Origin: Octopus vulgaris
Taxonomy: Eukaryota
Assembly: GCA_951406725.2 (NCBI GenBank)
Contig: OX597828.1
Span: forward strand, 20,212,001 to 20,276,000
Length of the DNA stretch: 64,000 nucleotides
Direction: 5' to 3'
Positions 55,349 to 64,000 of this stretch are shown here, piece after piece. Position numbers and translations under genes: made by a program. The number at the start of each line of letters is the position of its first letter. Position 1 is the stretch's first letter. The notes beneath the pieces are model-generated. The model saw nothing but the letters and a program-made list of their open reading frames with translations. It did no database searches and was not told the origin of the DNA.

Positions 55349-55553
55349 AATACTTAGTTCGAACAATATTGCTTTCAAATTATGGCGCTAGGCCAGCAAT
55401 TTTGAGGGAGGGGTGAATAATATGTATGAAAGAACCTGAGCTTAATACTTAGACTTAGATCTTGAATATCGTGTGAGAACAAAAATTATAGATGTTATAT
55501 TAAATGAACATCAAACATTGTTCTTCCTAAATGATGGGGTATGATATACGTTC

Positions 55554-55632
<79 letters not shown>

Positions 55633-55788
55633 ATATATATATATATGTATATGTATATATATGTATATATATATATATATATATAGATATACATAGATAT
55701 ATATATATGTATATATATTTGTATATATATATATATACATATATATATGCATATATACACACATATATATATATCTATATATATACAA

Positions 55789-55839
<51 letters not shown>

Positions 55840-55952
55840 TATATATAGATATATATATATACATACAAATATATATATATATATATATATACACAAATAT
55901 ATATACATATATATAGATATATATATATACATACAAATATATATATATATAT

Positions 55953-56004
<52 letters not shown>

Positions 56005-56091
56005 ATAACATAATATATATGTATATATATATATAATAATAATAATATATATATATCTACAAATATATATATATATATATATATATGTAAT

Positions 56092-56131
<40 letters not shown>

Positions 56132-56562
56132 TTCCCAAGATGTAGAACCGTATTTCTAAGTACGTGCGTCACCGTCTTCAGCGAACAAAAGAAAAGTCTT
56201 GTCATTTCGTGAAAGCTGTACGTGTATATTATTATGACATTGAACATTAAATATATTAATTTTTTTATGAGCAAGCTGCTAAAATCCAATACAAAGAGTT
56301 ATTCTCGTTAAATCTGTCAAGTATTTATCTTTATTCTTATAAATAGCTTCTTTTCGATTATATTGTGAAATTTCCGAAAGATGATCTATTTTACTGCATT
56401 GTTTTAGACAGAAATGCTGCTTTCAAAATTAGCAACATCTCAGCTGGTAAACAGACACTAATTCATCTTTGACGTAGTAACACGTTTCAAATCGGTTACT
56501 TTAGTGGAAGTTATGAAGAGCGTGATGTACGTGTGAATGATTTGTCTCTTTTTTTTTTCTCC

Positions 56563-57130
56563 TTTCTACTCTAAGCACGAAGCCTGTAATTTTAAGAGCG
56601 AATTTAGTCTGTTACATCAATCCAAATGTTCACCTGATATTTTTATTTTATAGACTCCGAGAAGATGAAAGACAGAGTCGACCTCGACAGAATTTGCATC
56701 CATAACGTAAAAACGGATCACTAAGCATTTTATCTGGCGTACTAACGATTCTGCCAGCTCGCCGCCTCAAATTATTTCTATTATTAGCCCAGGGCTTGAA
56801 ACTTTAGTCAATTACATCGATTTCAATGCCCCACCAATACTTTTTCTACATGACCCCAAAAGGATGAAAAGCAAAGTAGACCTCGGCAGGGTATGTGTGC
56901 GTATAATATAATAATTGCCACTAGGAAGACAGCAAGATGGCACAAGCGTTTGCAGGGCGAATAAAAGGCTTAGCGGCATTTCTTCTGACCCTGTAAATTC
57001 TGAGTGCAAATCCCACTGATGTCAATGTTGCCGTTCATCCCTTCGTGGGGTCGAGGATATACGGTACAAGATAAGTACTAATGTTGGTGTGACTGACTTG
57101 TACACTCCTCCTCAAATGCTGACCTTGAAC
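56563..57130. mobile_element. Three old SINE family B copies (two minus, one plus)
   Basis: gattctgccagctcgccgcc; aaaggatgaaaagcaaagtagacctcggcag; cttagcggcatttc...ggggtcga. Confidence 0.75.
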
Positions 57131-57359
57131 TTTGCCGCGGACCGGCGGACCGTTCAAAGGAATGCAAAAGTTTTGGTGGCTTATATGACATGGAAGCCGG
57201 CTAACCGGATTTGAGAACAAGAGTTCACGAAAAATAAAAACAGCAATTAGAAACATGATTCCTGCCCAGGAAAGATAAGAGATTATGTTGTTATTTTAAT
57301 ATGCATATATTGCCTTCTGACGTGCAATTTATTTGTACGATTGTGGTGTACGTATATAT

Positions 57360-57439
<80 letters not shown>

Positions 57440-57489
57440 GTGTACGTATATCCATACGTATATTGTATGGAGTGAAAGAAGGTGGATAG

Positions 57490-58300
57490 AGTATTAAGAA
57501 ACTTGATAGTCAGTTATCAGTAATAGGATGTCTAATTTATCCTCTTCAAAGGAAATATTTGATAAATCAGCCCAAGGTAATTGCGGTTTCAAAGTTATAA
57601 CAGCAGATAACTTTGCAGTTATAAATATGAAACCTAAAAATAGGCATAGGGAAAATTGGTCCACATATACACTTTTCCTTAAATGTTAAAACTAGCATAG
57701 TGAAGAAATTCTTGTCATCATTAAATAAGCATTTCCCAGTAATCGACAAATAGAAGAAGATTTTTTAAAGAAATTCAGTAAAAAATACTACATGTCTGCT
57801 GCCCTAATATGAAAGACATTATCACTCAAAAATACCATCAGTAATCCACTCCCAGTTGCAACTGCCGAAAACTTGGAGCTTGCCCACTTGATCAGTCGTA
57901 TTTGATAAATGTACTTGTTTACAAAATCGAGTTTACGGCAGTTCTCCAAGACGACGTAATTGAGAAGAAAAACTTTATGCGAAGGCAATTTTAAAAGCTG
58001 TTATGCAAACCACCGGTCTTCTTTCCGACACATTAATAAAAAATAAGGCACTAAATTGGTTAGATATGAATGGGATCTGAGAACCTAGTGCAAGCCACAC
58101 GCAATCAAATGAAGAATCGTAAAGAAATCTATGCTATAAATAAATGAATGAAACATATGCAAGTTATACGTAGCTGAAAGATCAGACATTCATTTTAGAT
58201 ACAAGAATTTCACCACACTTTAATTCCTGATCCGAAATCTTTATCAAATGCCACTACAGGTACAAGTTTCTCGTGTCGAACTGGAGAACACAGCCATATC
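57490..58300 (+). pseudogene. Decayed PLE thumb/linker plus C-terminal GIY-YIG endonuclease
   Basis: [20 protein letters not shown] / FSLNVKTSIVKKFLSSLNKHFP / CPNMKDII / CNCRKLGACPLDQSYLINVLVYK / LCEGNFKSCYANHRSSFRH..GTKLVRYEWDL / CKLYVAER / SEIFIKCHYRYKFL. Confidence 0.85.
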
Positions 58301-58391
58301 CAGATTGAATAGCTATCTCACAGGGCTTGGCCTCTTTTCTGTAATATTATTCTACACCAGTTAGATTAATTTTTAAAAAGTCCGAGCGATG

Positions 58392-58439
<48 letters not shown>

Positions 58440-58742
58440 GAGCTCAGCAAAAATTTAGATTCAGATGAATATGATACTTAAGTTGAGGCACCAGAATTTA
58501 GTACCATACAATTTCAAAGTAAGGTAATTAGAATCAAAATAAGCAACAAGGATATCCAGAGGTAATGCAGTACGATCGTTTCACGCAACTCCATTTAATT
58601 GAACAATGAAACCATTACATCAATTTGAATGCAGGGCAATCCTCAGTTACGCAAAGACATAGAATTTAATTAAATTAAAACAGATAGATACATTAATGTT
58701 GGTCTGAGGATTGCTCTGCATATCCTTGTTGCTTATTTTGAT
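58440..58742 (-). mobile_element. PLE terminal fragment with decayed hammerhead and partial inverted copy
   Basis: Minus CTGAGGA (58640-58646) ... GAAAC-GATC-GTA (58571-58582); 58704-58742 is an internally deleted inverted copy; (TA)n on both sides. Confidence 0.65.
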
Positions 58743-58797
<55 letters not shown>

Positions 58798-59046
58798 TGC
58801 GCTTCGTACAGCATTATGGGTTTTAACTCTTATTTCTGGCAATATAGGTGTTATTCAGCATCTTAAGTCAAAATTATTGAATATTAAATTTTCCTTTTAT
58901 GGTCTTATATTGCGCATAACTGTTTGTGTACAAACACATATTTACACACACATGTATGTATGTATGTATGTATGTATGTATGTATGTATGTATGTATGTA
59001 TGTATGTATGTATGTATGTATGTATGTATGTATGTATGTATGTATG

Positions 59047-59109
<63 letters not shown>

Positions 59110-59549
59110 GTATATTATGCTGGAAATCCATACGTTGAAATCGTTGCCTATTTTATATTTTGGTAAAGAAGACTCTGCTAAAACCTTGCGTTAACAAATG
59201 CACTCTTTAAATTTGTGGGGAAATCTTATGGTTGCTCTCTCTGCCTCGTTCTCATTGTATGTGTATGTGTGAGTACGCACGCGCGTGCGTGTAACGTTTG
59301 TGTTCGTGTTGTGATTGAAAAACTTAAGACAGCTCTATGTAACTAAATAGTGGCGGTTTGTAGAACGTTCTATACGTTTTTCTTCTTTTTTTTTTAATTT
59401 GAGCAACAAGGGAATCAGATGTCGCATTTCTTTCAATTCAGCTGGCAAGTATGGTCGACCGACCGAAGGAAACTGCACACTGGATGACTGAGCACTGCTT
59501 ATCTCTCTGTATTTTCCACGGGGAAACACACATACATACATGCGTGTAT

Positions 59550-59635
<86 letters not shown>

Positions 59636-59653
59636 ATGTGTGTATGTATATAC

Positions 59654-59724
<71 letters not shown>

Positions 59725-59796
59725 GAGAGATGGATAGAAAAATGGATAGATAGATAGATAAATAGATAGAGAGATGTATATATATATATATATATG

Positions 59797-59844
<48 letters not shown>

Positions 59845-60107
59845 CAGATAGATACACTTACATGCAAACATACACATATACACACATTCACGAATATATA
59901 CAGACATAAACGCATGCATACAAGCATACATATATGTGAGTATAGGTGTGAGCGTGTGTATGTGTGTGTTTGTGTGTGTACATTTCCTCTACAGTGGAAG
60001 CTAATTGAATCAATGCGTGTGTCATATTGGCCCAATGACCTTTTCAAATTTTCATATCTCTTTATGCACGATAACATTATGAATCTTGAAAACCGAATAC
60101 GATAGTG

Positions 60108-60166
<59 letters not shown>

Positions 60167-60174
60167 GATACATA

Positions 60175-60745
60175 TAGGATGTTTCAGAAGTCTATGTCAC
60201 TTTCTAAGAACTCTTATAACATGACTGGTAGCATGATTGAACTGGTACCATTTAAAAGCTAACAGTTTCAAGTTTTCTTCTGTTAATTTAATTTTAATTG
60301 AATTAATTAAATTTAATTTTGATTTTTGTTTCTTTTGAAATCCAGTAATGTCATTTACAAAACAAGAGAACTCATTTTGCGTCCTAGAATACGCTAAAAG
60401 TGAATCATGGTCACATGTTGAACGAAAATTTCGTATAACGTTTACCAAACAGGTACCAGACAGACGTTCCATTTGGATTAGGTGTGCAAAATTTAAGAAG
60501 GAGAGGCGTTTGCGCCCGGCAAATAGAACAGGACGCCCATATCTTCAGATGATATGGTTGAACAAGTTCAGTAAGCCTTCCTGTACCATCGCCAGAAATC
60601 ATTCAGAATAGCCAGTCAAGACCTTAAGCCACTATCAACAACTATTTGGTACGTCTTAAGGAGACGGCTGCAGTTCGCAATACAAGCTGCAATTGGTTCA
60701 AAAGTTGAAGGACACTGATAAACCTATCCGCCATGAATTTTGTAA
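60175..60745 (+). mobile_element. Tc1/mariner-superfamily 5' fragment (DUF4817-type HTH)
   Basis: MSFTKQENSFCVLEYAKSESWSHVERKFRITFTKQVPDRRSIW..KFK..TGRP, then YKLQLVQKLKDTDKPIRHEFC. Confidence 0.8.
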
Positions 60746-60912
60746 CAGGGGCATCCTGATCTCTTTGCTGGGCCCAAACACCCTCTCCTTAAATTTAATC
60801 AGTCATAATATGTTAACCGTTTCATATACGCATCCTGCTTCTTTATTGCGTTTCAAGTATAGGAAAATACGCATATGTTTCGTTTCACTGAGTATGTGTA
60901 CGAGAGAGCAAG

Positions 60913-60961
<49 letters not shown>

Positions 60962-61575
60962 AGAGAGAGGGAATCACATTGACAGATAAACAGGCAAACA
61001 GGTAGGCAGACAGACAGAATCTGTAAAGAGAAACGAGAAATATAGGGGGAAATAACCAAGAAACAAATAACTACATTAGAAAAAAAATCTACAAATAAGA
61101 TGAAGCCTTTGCTGTCCTTTGAAATCTTCGGCTACAACGACGACGACGACGACGATAAAAAAATGAGTAGTAGTAGTAGTAGTAGTAGTAGTTGTTGTTG
61201 TAAACAAATTTGCGAAGAATGATTTATGTTTATTTGTTTTTTTCTTTTTCACCTTTTGTGGGTTTTTTTTATAACCGAGAATATAATGGCTGATAAAAAG
61301 GAGTATAAGACCACAATATTTCAGTATTTCGCTTTCATTTATTCTCTCAAGTCCTTATCTGGTTGCTCGACGTGCTAGAAGTAACCATCAAACCTGTTTC
61401 GAATCACAGCCTACGCGCACACACATACATACATACATACATACATACATACATACATACATACATACATACATACATACACACATATATACATATTTAT
61501 ATACGCACAAACATGCTTTCATGCATACGCACGCAAACACACATACATACACGCATACATACATACATACACACA

Positions 61576-61606
<31 letters not shown>

Positions 61607-61689
61607 TTATGTACGCACAAACATGCTTGCATACATACGCACGCAAACACAGTTAATGATTCCAAATGGTTGACTGAAAACCAGTATTT

Positions 61690-62140
61690 TCTGGCTAGAC
61701 GGTAAGTCGGTTACATTGACCCCAGAATTCAACTGGTATCTATTTTCTCGATCTTGAAAGGCTGAAAGGCCAAGTTGACCTAGGAGGAATTTGAACTCAC
61801 AACTTAAAGCCGGACGAACGGCCGCTAAAACTTTCGTCCGGCATGTCAGAGATTCTGGCGCTTGCCTCCTTAAATAAATATATAATGAAAGTGTAAATTC
61901 TTTTTTCTTTTACTTGTTCCAGTCACTTGACTATGGCCATGCTGGAGCATCGCCTTAATCCAACAGATCGACCCCAGGACATATTCTTTGTAAACCTAAT
62001 ATTTATTCTATCGGCATCTTTTGCCGAACCGCTAATTTACGGGGATATAAACACACAAACATTAGTGTCAAGCAATGGTGGGAGGACAAACACAGACACA
62101 AAAATACATACATATATATACATATATACATACACACATA
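61690..62140 (-). mobile_element. SINE family B (61690-61871) followed by SINE family A 3' half (61900-62140)
   Basis: Matches to other copies in window. Confidence 0.8.
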
Positions 62141-62145
62141 CATAC

Positions 62146-62177
<32 letters not shown>

Positions 62178-62595
62178 GGTGGCTGCCCCGTCGTTATCGA
62201 GTATGACCATTGCGAGAAGCTTAATCAATGTTGTTTTCGTGCAATGCCTGTGCAAGAAGATTGTGCAAGTGAGGAAAGGCTGTGCACTGAGTCAATCCCA
62301 CTCACTAAGCAACAGCAGCCATAATCCGAAAAGAAGAACAAGTCAACACCATCGGTAACCACTGAGCCGCAGGTTTTATGTCGGAGTTATCCCAGTTACC
62401 TGAGTTACCTTCTCCTAGAAGGATGCCCTAACAAAGTCTAGGAGTCCTTCATTCCCAATGGTTTAACCGCGCGATCGGGTATTCAGTCCGATTATTTCTA
62501 TATCTCCGCGCATAATACAGCCTTAAGACATTTATTGGATGGCCGTTGACTCTCAAGAGTTCCTCCGCCCTTTGACGGGTTTCGTTTTTTTATCC
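62178..62595 (-). mobile_element. RTE-derived non-autonomous element
   Basis: Minus 3' end atggtcatactcgataacgacggggcagccacc and the ccttctcctaga...ggagtcc motif resemble RTE 3' and 5' UTR ends (from memory). Confidence 0.5.
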
Positions 62596-62596
62596 T

Positions 62597-62953
62597 GCGG
62601 TATTTCGTCTACAGTTACGTTCTGAGTTCAAATTCCGCTGAAGCCGACTTTGCCTTTCATCCTTTCGGGGTCGATAAATTAGGTACCTGTTACGCACTGG
62701 TGCCGATGTAATTGACTTAACCCCTTTGTCCGCCCCCTCTACGTTAAGCCCTTCGTGGGGAATAAAGAAATTAGGAAGCTGTAAATAAACCCCATTGAGG
62801 TGATTGTATCCGACGTCGACTTTGCCTTTCATCCTTTCGGGGTCGATAAATTAAGTACCAGTTACGCACTGGGGTCGATGTAATTGACTTAATACCTATG
62901 TCTGTCCTTGTTTGTCCGCTCTTTGTTTAGCCCCTTGTGGGTAATAAAGAAAT
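62597..62953 (+). mobile_element. Two SINE family B units
   Basis: gactttgcctttcatcctttcggggtcgataaatta occurs twice, with tails ...gtggg.aataaagaaat. Confidence 0.9.
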
Positions 62954-63229
62954 ATGTATCAATAATCCAAACAGCAAGGCCTTGTTTCACTTGTTCTGTC
63001 ACGCTGATACTGACTAAGTATTCTCTCAAGGAGAGACACGCTTGTGGAATGTTCAGTTACTTAATCGTTCATAGTGGAGCAGGTAATTCAGTTGCTTGAA
63101 TATTTGAAGCCACACCCTGAAACGGCGGAGATCAAACACCACCACCACCACCATAACCACCACCATGATTCTGCTCTACTTTGCTGAGAAAAACGTCACA
63201 CAGTTCGACCTTTAGCTATGAATTGTGTG

Positions 63230-64000
63230 TGATTCAGTAATCGTTCATAACATGTTTACATCCAAAATTATATTTATCTATATCCACAATAGATGGAATC
63301 AAGGTAAACCCTGTCAGAGTACAGCTGTTGCTGTTGTTTTGCACACATATATGGAACTTATATTTCGTCGCAGTGTTTGGAGATATCAAGGCTTTTAGTA
63401 CTGCAACAAATTTTGCTTCTACCATCTTTTGTGTTTGACTGAATAGCGAAGAAGGCATAGCCTTTTAGGATGCTTTTGTAACGTTCTAAAGTGTTACAAA
63501 GATTTCGGTGCATAGGAAGATATTTTTATGACAATGCTAGGGACTGTAGTTGCTTGAATTTATTACGGCCACAAACTACGTCTTTAGCATGTCCAAATGT
63601 GTTTTATTTCAAGTAGTTTACTCCAAGCACATTGTGGAATGTTCTAATGTGTTGTATAAATTTCAGTACGCAGAGAGATTATTCTTTTCTGTAACACTTG
63701 GCCACTGTAATTCTTAAAATTTGCAGCGGCAACCAACTGCATTTTCGCATATACAAATATCTTTTATTTCAATCATTTTTGCTTCGTTGTATAGCTGATG
63801 GATGTTTTCTGTAAAAAAACTACAATGACACGTATAAATGTGGTGTACTGTGTACTTTTGAAGTTTATAAACGTTCATAGGAAGAATGATTGCATGATTT
63901 ACAACACATCAGATACGTTGATCGTTCATCATGTATTTTTCTCTTCTTGTTGGTCAAATGTCGTACTTGTGAGTACGTTTCCTCTAATTCGTTTCCTATC
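63230..64000 (-). mobile_element. Possible very old DNA transposase relic (Sola-like)
   Basis: Weak minus-strand remnants FGHAKDVVCG and a GC..KF motif reminiscent of HGKG..DG and SDGC..QFK. Confidence 0.25.

Overview
AT-rich, repeat-saturated eukaryotic genomic DNA (intronic or intergenic). Its tRNA-derived SINE families and very dense (TA)n/(TACA)n/(GATA)n/(CAT)n microsatellites point to a coleoid cephalopod, most likely Octopus; this is recognised from memory, not searched. There is no intact long protein-coding gene, and nearly all ORFs in the track are microsatellite read-throughs. Recognisable content: decayed Tc1/mariner transposons of several lineages, non-autonomous Helitrons, a solo LTR, Dong/R4-type and Tx1/L1-type LINE fragments, an RTE-derived element, two decayed Penelope-like (PLE) coding relics, about 25-30 SINE copies, and a ~1.7-kb unit tandemly repeated about 2.5 times. 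The most interesting signal is RNA structure. Many short PLE terminal fragments sitting in (TA)n tracts carry type I hammerhead ribozyme motifs: four look intact (9336-9413, 10298-10341, 49960-50012, 51677-51729), two copies have an unusual CUGUCGA core, and eight different palindromic loop-3 tetramers suggest dimeric folding. There is also one candidate 58-nt minus-strand exon and one pre-miRNA-like hairpin. All alignments and folds were done by eye, and element boundaries are approximate unless stated.
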